Shown in pieces: positions 26,069-39,196 of a stretch of DNA of 64,000 bases. Both the position numbers and the translations under genes were made by a program. This stretch comes from Eledone cirrhosa (Eukaryota). Within the stretch, counting starts at the first letter, position 1. Each line of letters starts with the position of its first letter. The stretch is from NCBI GenBank assembly GCA_964016885.1, contig OZ024745.1, positions 77,500,001 to 77,564,000 on the forward strand, in the 5' to 3' direction. The notes under the pieces are model-generated. The model was given only the letters and a program-made list of their open reading frames with translations. It had not been told where the DNA came from and did no database searches.

Positions 26069-26133
26069 TATTTTATCTGATGAAAGCGCACCAAGGTTGC
26101 CTTGGTTTCCCTTGAAATATATATAATAAAATA
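26069..26133 (+). ncRNA. Minimal type-I hammerhead ribozyme in a Penelope-pLTR-like repeat (~26030-26265)
   Basis: tattttat-CTGATGA-aag..accaagg ttg ccttggt..ctt-GAAA-tatata-TA-ataaaata; 8-bp stem I; flanks homologous to 61215-61450. Confidence 0.75.
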
Positions 26134-27182
26134 AATATGGTTTTATAAATATAGTTTCCATTTATTTAATATCATGGAATATTTACTCCAGTAACTTGTT
26201 GAGTGCTCTAAATCAGTTATAAACATTTATGCTTGTTGGAATTCCAACAAATTAAATACAACTTCTACATATACATATATATTCGAATATAAAACCCACT
26301 CTATTTTATGTCTGAGAAATGAGTAAAAATCCAAATTTCAACGCAGTTTTGAAATTCTTATGAGTGGAGAAAATATTTACGAAGTTTTAATATTTTTATA
26401 TTTAAAATGTTTTAAGTGTCGTTTAGAGTATAGTTTATGTTTCACAAATCCACTACATAATGACCACACCCTCCCACAGCTTTAGACATTTTTATTTCTT
26501 TATAATTAGAAAATAAAAAAAAAACATGTGAAAATTCTACATTAATATAATATAAAGAAATAGCTACCTCTACGCTAAGATTCCTATAATTCTATGAAAA
26601 TTCATATACACTCATCGCTTCAAATCTTTTCAATGAATGTTTAAATGGAGATATATTTTTAGTTTAAGGTATTATTTATAAAAAAAGAATGATTTTCTCT
26701 AACCATTATGGAGATCATTAAAAACACTAGGGAAAGATCGAAATGAATAGGGAATTGTTGAAAGAGATCAGCTAAGAGATGACTGTATAAGGATTCAGAG
26801 TAGAAATGAGAGGAAGAGACAGTAAGCAAGAGAGAGGAGAGACAAAGTGAGAAAAAGAGAGGGTGAGAGAAGGGAGAATGAAAGCGAGTGAAATAAAACA
26901 AGACAAGTTGGAAAGAAAAAGTATAATTAAGCCACTGAGAAAAACAGTTGGCACACATGTATGTGTATGTGTGCACATGTGCATGTGTAGGGGATATTTA
27001 TGTATTAAAAAGTTCAAATAATAAAAAATAGTTGGGAATATTCTCAAGGCAATGCATAAATAAAGCTCTTGATGATGTAGTAAATGTAGAAAAACAGTGT
27101 TTCATTGTGAAATAGTCACTCCAGATATTTTAGCACCTTATTTACGTAGGATTTGAAGTTGGTGAAAATCGTCACAATATTG

Positions 27183-27269
27183 ACCCCAAATATAAGCTGA
27201 CCCCCTCCCCTCTTTTTACCATCGATTTTTTGGTCACATATTCCTTGGCTTATATTCAAGTGTATACGG
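27183..27269 (-). mobile_element. Tc/mariner (Tc2/pogo-like) terminal fragment
   Basis: TA-CCGTATACACTTGAATATAAGCC...GGTCAGCTTATAT, a typical TIR with internal repeat, abutting (TA)n. Confidence 0.45.
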
Positions 27270-27596
27270 TATATATATATATATATATATATAATAAGTA
27301 TCATACCAGGAAAAACAAAAATAACCAGACAGGAAGAATTGGTCAGAAGGAGAAATTTGAGAGTTCATTCATTAACATATGTTTCTGTACAATAAACTAG
27401 GTATATATATATATATATTATATACTATATATATATATATGTTATATACTATATATATATATGTGTGTGTGGATATTTGTGTAAGTATATGCATTGGTTT
27501 TATGAAGGTCAAACAGCCAATTAAAAATGACCTTTGATTACAAATTCATAGATTTATTGTGTTTTAGAGTAGGGTACTTGATTTAACTTATCTCAC

Positions 27597-27704
27597 TGTG
27601 GATCACTTTTGAGAGTTGATACAAAATCATCTGGGAGTTTACATACAATACACTTGTATTTATATTCAAGTGAAGCCATCTCTTGTATGTTAGCACTGTC
27701 ATAT
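27597..27704 (-). CDS. Candidate internal exon, 108 nt (YDSANIQEMASLEYKYKCIVCKLPDDFVSTLKSDP)
   Basis: Acceptor cactacttacttccag, donor ca|gtgaga, length a multiple of 3, open frame. Confidence 0.35.
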
Positions 27705-28529
27705 CTGGAAGTAAGTAGTGGGTTTATTTGCTCCCATGGCTTAAAAGTATTTCCATATTTACATATGAATACATCTCAGGAGTATGTATTTTGGGTATGA
27801 TTTGCATATGCTAAAGTTCTTAACTCTATTTCATTATGAAAATATGTTTTAATTAATGAGTGTAAAAAAAAAATTTTTTGTTATTTAAAAATCATTTTCT
27901 CCCACTTGTGATAATTTTGCTTCACTATGCATGTAAAAGAACAATATTCAACTGGAAAATGACTTCATATATATATGTAGTGAAAAACTTTGCATCATAT
28001 GTGTCTATATCACCAAGTATACTGAAGAGTAGCAGAAATGACCAGGTATCAAACTAAATGTTGTACAATATTTTAATTTTTTTTTATGGCTTAGTCGAAG
28101 GAGGAAGGGCAGTGTCCATGACTTTTTTTTTTATGGCCACTATGATTAGTGTCAAGTTTGAAGAACTGGTCTAAAAGGCTGCAACAATATGGCATCTACT
28201 AAATGCCCCCCAGAGCCATGTTGTGATGTTAGATAAGCTGACAGATTAAGTCTACCACCCAGAACAATTTGACTGTATATGCACAGTGTTAGAATATATA
28301 AATACATAGACACTTGAGCTGTCAAAAATGACAGAAATTTTTACATATAACATTTTTATTGGTCCACTTAATAGTTTATTATGAGTTATAAAAATTTAAT
28401 TAAAAATGATAATATTGAAAAAATTATTAATGATTTACAAAACATTGCCCATTTTAATTATTACTATTTCTCTCTTACCTTCACACTTTTTGCCACACAA
28501 TCACCCATTATTATTACTCAAAGAGTTTG

Positions 28530-28726
28530 AGGGTGGTGGATTGGCAGTATCGGTAGATCGTCAGACACCATGCTTTGCAGCATAGAGTTAAAATCCCGCT
28601 GAGGTTAGCTTTGTCTTTCATCCTAAATGGGGTCGATAAAATAAAGCACCAGTAATGCACTGGAGTCGATTTAATCAACTTTCTTCTTCCCTCAAATTGC
28701 TGGCCTTGTGCCTAAAGTAGAAACAA
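28530..28726 (+). mobile_element. SINE family A, variant with internal deletion
   Basis: A box, core and tail present; TSD-like attattactcaaa on both sides. Confidence 0.85.
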
Positions 28727-30003
28727 TTATTACTCAAATTCTTTCTCAACTCCAAGCCTCTGCCACTACATCCAACTTCCGTCCAGAACCCTGTGTAATA
28801 AAGGAGGGCATTGGAACTCTACATGTTCAATATTGTCATCCTCTACAAGTGACCCTCATTCTCACATTATTACAAAACCAGACCTTTAAGTTTTTATTTT
28901 GTTTCAATAAATTTTGAATATATTTATTTAGAAATGTGTCTTGTTATAGTGGTTTATTGAAACAAATTGAACATTTAGCTTGACAAGTGCTCATGGCTGA
29001 AATGCTTTTGTGTTTATTTTCTATGAAAAATGTTGTCATATCCTTATTGTCTCTGGTCTTGAGCTACTTTACTGAAAGTACAGGGAGCATTTTATTGTGG
29101 AACCAACCCTAAAGAGGTTGCCTTGCTCCATGCATGGCTAAAGAGCTATCTCCACTCAATGTCATCTTTCTTTCAAGGTAAATGTGATTTGTTAAAAGAG
29201 ATGAAAAGGAAGAGATTGTGAATGCATGTGACGGGGGAAAACAAAGTGAAGAGGGATAATGGTAGCTACATGATGGTTATTATTATTCAAGAGTTTAAGC
29301 GACAGGGATGTGTCACGGTAGGAGAAAGTTAGTGCTAGTGATGGATAGCAGCAAAGAAATGTGGTCAACAGCTATGAGTCTCATAGGGAACAAAGTGGGG
29401 ACTAGCAACACAGGGGGATGTTATTGAATATAAACATACACTTTTAAAATTTTGTTTCAATAAATTCTAATAAATAACATGAAGGCATTTATATATTTAT
29501 AATTTATATAAAAATATTTTTTTTATAGCTTATGCAAAAATGTTTCCCAAAATATAGTAGTCTGTTGAAACAAATTTAAAATTTAGTTTCACAGGATTCT
29601 CATGGCTGGAACACTTTTGTATTATATTCTATTATAGAATATTTTGTACATAAAAGTGTATGTTTTTATATTAGCATATATAATATATATATATATAAAA
29701 TATGTAGTAGAAATGTTTCCGTTTTCATTTTACTTTTGGCATGTTAGTAAAATAAGATACAACAGAAATATTATCATGTAATTATCATGATTTCAGGTCT
29801 TTCACTATAGTATTCTTATTAAAGTTCACTCTCTCTATTTTTCATTTGACATCCTCCTTCTTTCACACTATTTGCCCAGTGTGACAGAAAACAAAAAGGG
29901 TAAGCTTATTATATATATATATATATAATTGGTGTGGGATGCTTAAAGCGTCCGTAAGAGGTAGGCCGTTTGAGCACTCGATGCTCTTACAGAGCAGAGT
30001 ATG

Positions 30004-30286
30004 ATATCACATAAGATACGGAGAATCAGTGTTGCAACGAATAAAATTTATTAGACATATTACAATCGTTTCTCTGGCGACCAGCTCGAGGCACGATCGA
30101 TGTAATGATTCAAAAATTTGGAAACTGCTTCATAGAATCGAGATGTATCTGAGGACCTTGCGATTTCAGAGTCAGGTTCGATCATTACATCGATCGTGCC
30201 TCGAGCTGGTCGCCAGAGAAACGATTGTAAAATGTCTAATAAATTTTATTCGTCACAAAACTGATTCTCTGTTTCTTATGTGATAT
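30004..30286. repeat. Inverted repeat, ~106-bp arms with a 71-bp spacer, in (TA)n (Penelope-pLTR-like)
   Basis: 30004-30109 is the reverse complement of 30181-30286 with few mismatches. Confidence 0.85.
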
Positions 30287-30599
30287 ATATATATCAACAA
30301 TGGCTATTTATTTATGTTATTTCATGTCTCCTGCTCAATTAAGTCTGTTGTAAGATGCTATTCTGTGGGATTTACTCCCTTATCTCGTCATGTTGCCCTT
30401 TCTCTTCCTCTATTAGAGATTCAACCAAAGATAACCCATTTCATCTCAACATGTTGCCTGAACCCATCACATATGTAAACTTTTCCAAAATCATTCAAAG
30501 CCCATTAGTAACTTATGAGCTCTAAACTTTCTTTTCTCCCCTATCAACAAGTACTTATGCAGATTACTATAAACAATGGCTCTATTCTATTTTATGCTT

Positions 30600-31180
30600 C
30601 TATAAACACCCCAATCTGGATTGTCTGACAAACTCAAAGATAGGTTTTACAAATCCCTAATGAATGACAGTGACTTCCTAATCATCGCAAGGGACTTTAA
30701 TGAACACATTGGAAATACTGTGATGGCTTCTACAGAGTTCTTGGAGGCTACGAGTTTGGCACAAGAAATGAAGAAGGTTTTAGGCTCCTAGAATTCTGTG
30801 ATGCCAATGACCCACCAACCACCTGATCACGTATAGATCTGGTGCTTATCAGAGGATGAGATAGAGTGCCGGCTGTAAACACGAAATCCTTCTCTGATTA
30901 GGAATGCACCTCCCAACATAACCTAGTAGTTAGGGACTTCATTGTCAGAGCTAGGTGAACTTGAAGACAGAGGGCAACCTGGAGGAGAAGGATATGGAAG
31001 CTGAAAGAGCCCTCAGCCAGTAACAAATTCGGAGATATTTTGCTTGACGCCTCTGACAATAAGGAAGAAGAGATAGAGACATTCAGTATAGAAGAACACT
31101 GGGAATTCCTGAGAGATAATCTACTGAAGGTGACAGATGAGATCTGTGGATGGAGCAGAGTTACAGAGAGAAGGAGTCTT
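30600..31180 (+). mobile_element. Degenerate RTE APE-endonuclease fragment
   Basis: FLIIARDFNEHIG, GGYEFGTRNEEGFRLLEFCDAND, NHLITYRSG, RRIWKLK, EHWEFL. Confidence 0.85.
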
Positions 31181-31509
31181 CCAAGAATATATAACAATTT
31201 TTACAAGATAATATTGCAGTAAATGTGAATTTAACTGTTTTTTTTTTTTTATATATATAATGGCTAGAGTTAATCTAATACAATCACAATTGTTTTTGAT
31301 ATATATTCATTTGAAGCTGATTAATCCATTAGTCAATATGGCTTACCAGATAAACCTTTTACTATTTACATAGATCATCTTTTGTCGCCTGAAGGTTCAC
31401 ACATAACGAGAAATCCAGTGAAGTGGCGGCAGAGTGAATCATCAGCTTAAATAAACTCAATAACATATATTGAGTACTTTTTTCCTGTTTTTACATTGAA
31501 ACATGCAGG

Positions 31510-32685
31510 AGTATTACTGATACCCTCTTGTTTGTGATAAGACTGCAAGAGAAGTACTTAGCAATGAGTAAACCTCTGTACCTGGCATTTTTGAATCTAA
31601 AGAAGGCTTTTGATAGGGGCCCCCACTCTGTAGCCCTCAATTGCCTGAGAAGCTCCTTAGAAGTTGCTGACAGCTTTTGTTACATAGGATATCTTTACAG
31701 TAGGGGAGGATAGTCTGAAAGTGTAATAGCCAGGGTACGAACAAGTTGAAAAAAGTTTAAGGTGAAGATTTGCTTACCAGCATAAAAATCTGGCTGGACT
31801 TGTCCACGTTCCACTCTACCACCATTCCTTTTTAACCATTTTCACCATCACTGTACACCCCCACCCACTCTAGGATCACCCAGCTCTTAAATCCTAGCAC
31901 ACCAATAATACCTTCTTGGTAGCTGTTGTCATCATCACAGTGCCTCCTCCCCACTCTCTCAGAGATCAGCAACCTCCTCTCTCACTCATCACTTAGTCAA
32001 ACCCCATCACATTTGTCAGATACCCATGACACTAAACTTGTTATTTCCTCTCCCACCTACTGTTACTTACCTACTTTTCATCTGTCTTAAGTCCCTTATC
32101 CTATCTCCCCTTTAGGATAGAAAGGGTTCGTCAGTAACCAACAAACTCTTTAGTGCTGGTGTCATGATAAAACATACTAAGTACTCTTTGTAAAGTGGTT
32201 GGTGTTAATAAGGCCTTCCAGATGTAGAAACCATACCAAAGATAGGTTGAGTGGATCCTTTTGTCACATGACAACCTATCTAGTGAAGTGCCACAAAAAA
32301 TGCACCCAATACACTCTGTAACATGGTTATGACAGGAAGGGTATCTAGTTGTAGAAACCATACTAAAAAAGGGTTGAGAAGATTCTTCAGTTGTGTCAAG
32401 TACACAACAGCCTTTATAGTGTTGGTGACATGATAAACTCACTCAGTTCACTCTCTAAAGTGGTGAAGTGGTTGGCAATTGGAAGAGCTTCCGGCCATAG
32501 AAATCTTGTGAAAGAAAAGAACTCTTCAGTTGTGTCAGAAACATGGCAACTGCCATAATGCTCGTCCTATGATAAAATACATTTTGTAAAATGTGAACCA
32601 TTGATAGCAGAGAAAATGGGCATTAAACAATACTAATGATGATAGTGCTGCTGGAGATGGGAGGATAAGGATGATGATGATGAAG
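31510..32685 (+). mobile_element. Internally deleted RTE RT fragments plus degenerate long 3'UTR and (GAT)n tail
   Basis: RLQEKYLAMSKPLYLAFLNLKKAFDR, EVADSFCYIG; repeated aaagtggttgg...tagaaacc modules. Confidence 0.65.
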
Positions 32686-33083
32686 AAATATATGAATGAA
32701 ATGTATGTGATTATCTGTTTAATTTCTGATCCATAATTTAATCATCATCATCATCATATGGACACTTTCCATGCTGGTATGAGTTGAACAGGTTGACATG
32801 TTTTTAGTTATTATTCAGAGTTTTTGCTCTTCTAGATGAGTCAAAGAACTACATCTCACTCATATTTTAAACCTTTTGCTTCTATCTGTGAATTACCAGC
32901 CCTAGTTAACTTTTTTATCTTGAGTGGTCACCCTGGGCACTACACACACACTGCTTAAAGTTAAAAATTTAAAAAAAGTTAAGATGAGAAAGATTACTCT
33001 TTTACTCTTTTACCTGTTTCAGCCATCCGGCTGAGGCCATGCTGGGGTACCGCCCTTGATATTAAAATGTATTTTTAAAAATT

Positions 33084-33757
33084 GTGCTGCGTAGAGTGGA
33101 AAGGAACGAAGCATGCATGCTCCGTTGGATGTGTAATAGTAATATACATGAACAGCAAAGCATAAATGAACTAAGTGAGAAATTAGGAATAAGAGGGATC
33201 AGATGCTGTTTATGGTCACGTGATGCGCATGAAAGACGACAGCTGCATAAAAAAGTGCAGGGCGATGAAAATTGATGGTAGTTACAGAGTAGGTAGTCCC
33301 AGAAAAACCTGGGATGATCTGATAAATTCCGACCTCACACACTTACATCTCTCTAAGACAATGTCTCTGGACTGAGATCTTTGGCGCTACGCAGTAATAC
33401 AGAAGACCCGCCTTGCCTATGTACAAAGCGAAACCTACAGTCAGTAGGCACCTCTTAACCAAATATACACCCCAATCTACTACTCCTACCCTATTCTCCC
33501 ACTCCCACCAACAGCACGAGAAAATGTGATCGAGTTCGTGTAGGTGTCACAGCAAAAACACACACACAGTCCACGCTGTAATGTGGCCGTGTAGGTAGCA
33601 CGATAAAAACTTCCCAGTTCCACACTGTAAATGTGGTTGGTGTTAGGAAGGGCATCCAGCCGTAGAAAACCTGCCAGATAGTCCTATATGCGCAAGACCC
33701 GGTCACCCGACCAGCCATGCTAGCGTGGAAAATGGACGTTAAACTGAGATGATGATG
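33084..33757 (+). mobile_element. 3' part of an RTE LINE, same subfamily as 2992-5844
   Basis: High identity to 5110-5843 (MLRWMCNSNI..., 3'UTR, tail). Confidence 0.9.
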
Positions 33758-33814
33758 GCAGCTTGTTTTGTTTTTTTCCAAAGAAACTCATCTGGCTTCT
33801 TGCTTATCCTGGTT

Positions 33815-34020
33815 TCATCAGTGTTAAGCAACTAAGAATACAAGACTTTCCCTGAACAGGATGTCAGTCCACGACAGGGTTAACCTCCTGATACTGCTAG
33901 TACTCACTTTTAGCTGAGTGTACTAAAGCAACATGAAATTCAGTGTTTTTCTCAAGAACATAACACTTCACCCTGTTCAGGAATTGAACCCACAACATCC
34001 CACACCCACTAGGCCAAAAG
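33815..34020 (-). mobile_element. SINE family B
   Basis: Similar to 6850-7070. Confidence 0.65.
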
Positions 34021-34377
34021 GACTTCACTTAATACTGATAAATTCTTGATTATTTTCCAAATGATTTGAAAATTAAAGGCACTATCTTCCAGTAGAAATA
34101 GGTTAATGAAATGGTTAACTAAATGAGAGATAAATCATCCCTTGATAGAATTGATTAATGTTGCTGTTGATGAAATTGATCTAGGCACTGAAGCTTATTC
34201 CTCAATTTCACAGTGTAACTCTGCTAACAGCAGCTAATTGTACCACTCACCAGCATCTGCCTCTATAGAATTGGTGGCCTTGGCTATATAGTTTTATGTA
34301 TCATATATGCAAACTCATTTAAAAAAAAAAAATTCCAAGGTCCAACTGGTTGTCTTGACTACTCATACTCTACTTAA

Positions 34378-34598
34378 CCCTTTAGCATTTACATAACTCT
34401 ATATTTACTATTGTATTTTCATGGTAAACACTTTATCTCACAAAATTATCTGATATAATATGGAATCTATGAGATTTTGGTATTATTCATTTTGAGAACC
34501 ATACCTTAACATAAGTATCAGCAGCCAGTTATGGCTGGTTTAAACATAAAGAGGTGGGAGAATTCTGGCTGGATACAGCCGGTTTAAATGCTAAAGGA
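34378..34598 (+). mobile_element. piggyBac-like MITE, intact
   Basis: TTAA-CCCTTTAGCATTTA...TAAATGCTAAAGG. Confidence 0.85.
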
Positions 34599-35470
34599 TT
34601 TTACTACCTTATGAATGATTGAAATGACTAAATTGCAATGAAATAGCTGGAATAATGCATTCTAGGGAACAAATTTAAAGTATGGGTTTCTGAATTTGAA
34701 GCCAATCATTAACATTAAAGAATCTATGGCAGTTTCCTTCCTGATAGACGGCATGGTTGAACTGGTGGGATTTGAAATCAGCACTGACAGCCATAAAAAC
34801 AACATACTGTAATGCACTTAGTCCAATGCTCAAACACTTCTGGCTGGATTATATTAAATAATATATATTGAAAAGGATTTTTTTTCTACTTTTAAAATAA
34901 GGCTTTACTTGTAAATGAGATTAAAAAAAACTTTACAAGCCCCTTTTCATTTGTGATTTACTGTGTTTTTGTTTTATTTTTGGTTTTTGGCTTATTATCC
35001 AGGTGGTTTATAGTATTAAGTTTTAAATGTTTAGTAACATTATAGTGTGTGAATAGGTGCACACAATAAGACTACTAGGTTAAATAGATTATGTAATCTT
35101 ATTTACAAGTCAACATTTTCTTTATTGAAGTAGTACTGGCGTCATTCATTTTTGCACGTCAAATTTTCTTAGATCAATAATTTAAGATATTGATATTGTA
35201 TCAGTATGACAAGTGTTGTCACACTAATGTTGTACCATATGATATATGATATTGTTGTTCTATGCGCTATTCGTGTTATACCAATAGGACGTTGGTGTAG
35301 TGTCTGTATGGTATTGGTATTATGCCATATGATATTTTTGTAGTATCTATATGACATATGTGCTGTACCTGTATGATACTAGTGTTATACCATTATGATA
35401 TTAGTGCTGTACCTGTATATTAGTGTTGTGCCATATAATAGTTGTTTTGTACCATTATGATATTGGTGTT

Positions 35471-35812
35471 GTACCTATATGATATTGGTACTGTACCTAT
35501 ATAATATTGGTACTGCTCCTATATGATATTGGTACTGTACCTATATGATATTGGTACTGTACCTATATGATATTGGTACTGTACCTATATGATATTGGTA
35601 CCCTACCTATATGATATTGGTACTGTACCTATATAATATTGGTACTACTCCTATATGATATTGGTACTGTACCTATATGATATTGGTACTGTACCTACCT
35701 ATATGATATTGGTACTGTACCTACCTATATGATATTGGTACTGTACCTATATAATATTGGTACTGCACCTATATGATATTGGTACCCTACCTATATGATA
35801 TTGGTACTGTAC
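35471..35812. repeat. 22-bp minisatellite GTACCTATATGATATTGGTACT, about 15 copies, with degenerate copies back to ~35190
   Basis: Tandem units visible directly. Confidence 0.95.
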
Positions 35813-36045
35813 CTGTACTTAGCATGATGTTGGTCACATACCAGTAATATACTTGTATTGACTGATTCGATCAAATAACTTTCCATACAAAAATTGACTT
35901 TGTGCTTTGAGAGGTAACTGTCACAATTCATATACTAATCACTAACAGTGATTAGACTATCAACCTTTATTTTTCTTCAGAATAGTTTTAATGATGCTAA
36001 CTTTTGCACAAGTTTCAGATTATATGCACAAAAGGAAAACTGAAA

Positions 36046-36340
36046 TAATTGCTTCTACTTTAAGCACAAGGCCAGCAATTTGAAAGTGAAGGGAAAGTCG
36101 ATTAAATCGACCCCAGTGCATAACTGGTGCTTTAATTTATCGACGCCATAAGGATGAAAGGCAGAGCTAACCTCGGCAGGATTTGAACTGAAATAATAAT
36201 TGTTTCTATTTTAGGCACAAAGCCAGCAATTACCCAGTACATTACTGGTACTTTATTTTATCGACCCCGTAAGGATGAAAGGCAAAGTTAACCTCGGCGG
36301 GATTTGAACTCAGATCATAAAGGGACGTAACTCTATGCGT
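36046..36340 (-). mobile_element. Two truncated SINE family A copies in tandem
   Basis: 36046-36188 and 36196-36340, delimited by repeated aactgaaataat. Confidence 0.85.
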
Positions 36341-36627
36341 AACTGAAATAATAATGGATGGTATGAAGTCTTAGAATTAGCAAGTTTCACTGATTCCATA
36401 AATACACAAAAGTGTTCAGCTGAGATTTGGAGTTTATTACTTTTAAAAAATTGATACTTTTGGAGTGTCATCCTCTCAATAAAAACATACACAAACATGA
36501 TTTTATTGGCAGCATTTCCCTCCCAGAGTATAACAATATCTATTTCAACTCATGATTTCAGATCAAGAATCTTGAAACAAATGAAAAGCAAGGTCTTTTA
36601 AAAAATATACAAATAAGTTGGAAAAAG

Positions 36628-36848
36628 TAGAGCAAATGGTGGTATTAAGCCCCAAGGGGAATTAAGCTCCACCACACTACAAATTTTGGCAGAAACTGTA
36701 ATACTTCAATTTAGTGGTCTTCATATAACTTCCTTTTCAAGAAAAACATATCCTGATTGGTTCTTGGCATTATATATATACTTGGCTGATGGATTTGTAG
36801 TGTGGTGGAGTTTAATGCCCCTGGGGTTTAGTGCCCCCGTTTGCCCTA
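36628..36848. mobile_element. MITE with ~57-bp imperfect TIRs
   Basis: tagagcaaatgg...ctccaccacactacaaat / atttgtagtgtggtggag...cgtttgcccta. Confidence 0.75.
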
Positions 36849-39196
36849 AATGAATTGTAATAATAGAATAGGTATTATTGGATAGTGGTTTATTTGTTAT
36901 TTAAATCATTTATCATTCAACTTATGCAAAACTAGAGTTGAAAATGTCTAGCATATTGTTAGGTAGAATGTATCTGGAGTACAAGAAGCACTATTTACCT
37001 TTCATATATGTTTCCTATCTTTAAGAGACATTTTATTGTAGATTAGATGAATTTCAGCTTGTATCAGTTTTCATTTCACCTTAATGGTTTTAAAACATAT
37101 CCTTCCATGGGTAGGAATAACTCTGTTTACTGTTGTACTTCCCTATTTATAACTATATGGAGTGGGTCATTGAAATTTAAGTGTCTTTACGACGATTTAA
37201 CCATAGTACAGGTAAATACAAGGTGTTCCCCAAAAATGTATTCACACTTTTATTAGAATGCTGTTGAAGTGTGTATATATATTTTTTTATGCTGGGGGGG
37301 ATATGAATACCTAGCTTCTTGCTCAGCAAGAGACTGTCTATAATTATCAATCATTTTGAAAATAATCAAAAACTCAAAGAGATATAATAAAATAACAGAC
37401 TTTGTCATTATTAATCTAGTGTTTGAAACATAACTTAAAGTTTTTTACATAAAATTATGATGGAAGATTTTAGATCAGTGATTGCCAACGTGGGGTGCAC
37501 ACCCCACAGGGGAGCAATTTGAAAATGATGTTAATGAGAGCAAAATTCAGGTTTTACCTTATTACTTTTACACTAAGGCTACTTTAGAACAAATTATTGT
37601 CGGAAACTCCTTTCTACACACATTGTGTGTGAACCATGAGCAGATTCAGGTGGTTTGGTATCAAACGTATTAATGACTCAACCATTTCCTGCACTCTCAA
37701 TAATGATCTGTGTGTAGGTGGTAAAAGATATACCTGTTTCTCTGTTGTACTGTAAGTGATATTGAATTTCTTTTTTCCTTAGTAATTTCTCCCACTAGAA
37801 TTCTCTACTTATTAACTCTAATATTTAACTACCATTTGTTGATCTGCGTGTTATTATAATAAATATTTCAACTAATTAGCAAGTTTGACATGCCTAATTG
37901 GTTTGACTTCAGATTTTTGTTTGCCTTTTTAAGTATCATTATAATTATTATTACAGTGATATTCTTTTCCTGTCTCCATATGCTCTGTTTATAAGCTACA
38001 TTTTTTTTTTCCATTAATTGGTCCTATGTATGCCCTAATATTCTATCTCTCGATATTGAAATCATTAACAAAAGAATTACATATAAGTGTGTGAACCTAA
38101 CACAATTAAAAGAACCTTAATGAACTAAATTCTCTAGATATAATAATTGCCAGAAGATGGTGTATGGAAACGGGTCTGGATATATAAATCTGTGAGTATA
38201 AAATTAGGAATATGTGCTACTCAACTTAGAGATAAAAGATAATAAATCAAGAAATGAAGACAATGTGAACAGTTTAGATGATTTATCGGATGTATATCAA
38301 GATGATAAAGTTCCTTTCATTTTATTTCTCATAAATTTTCTGTTTTACCTGTTATTTTCATTCTGCTATGTGCGACGTCTTCATTCATTTCTATTTTATT
38401 GCTAGTATCAAAGTTTTAGTCATAACTTACTAATTAGACCGTTTAAAAGCTGTGAAAATCACCAGAGAATTAGAACACTGGACTGGATGCTTTATTGTGA
38501 GTGACTAAGGTATCAAAATGAATATTCTATTGACATTGATTCTATTCATAACCTTCAAAAGATTGGTCTTGTGCCTAGTTTAAGGAAATCATTAATTAAA
38601 GTGTCTATGAATGATTAATTCATAATTCAATCCTTTCCTATCTGCTCACTTTCATGTCATATCTTGAATTTTTATCAATGTTTTGGTAAGCTTTGTGTTT
38701 ACCTATCCTTTTATGAGCTGGAAATAGCAACTAAATTCCATCAAATGTACCCTAGTGTCTTAAAGAAAAGGGAGCACATTATGCAACATTGTCCTTGTTA
38801 TACATCTGGCAAGATAGTCATGATTGGAACTCATGATCATAGGTGATCAATGAGATTCTGACGTGGGACTAAATAACAGCATCATATGAACTATAAAGAG
38901 AAGAAATAGATAAAATATTATTGCTTTTAATCGACAAAGGAATTTACTAGTTACTTTAATATGTAGGTAGTAAGTAACAGTCCATGTCGGGACAAGAAAA
39001 CTTTGTGCAGTATTATTTAGTTATGAAGAAACGTCTTTCATGTTCTGTAGGTGCGATTCATTATTCTATTTTACAATGTGTCGCTATATTTACTGGTTTA
39101 ACAAGTTCCATAAAAAAGAATGTCCACTGTGACTAAATAATTTCTCATGTGCACTTAATTGTTATAAGCTGCCGTGTTAGAAATGGATTTACTTAC

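Noticed and set aside
31347-31445. Minus-strand exon-like segment with donor tg|gtaagc
   Set aside because: The long version is closed in all frames; the short version joined to the 27704 exon gives TGA. No SECIS or other support for readthrough.
35471-35812. Regularly spaced repeats resembling a CRISPR array
   Set aside because: Units are head-to-tail with no unique spacers; eukaryotic context and no cas genes.
37637-37751. Plus-strand ATG-to-gtaagt segment (MSRFRWFGIKRINDST...), in frame with the 55991 exon if spliced
   Set aside because: Lies upstream of the inferred plus-strand promoter and has competing minus-strand splice signals; cannot be resolved without RNA data.
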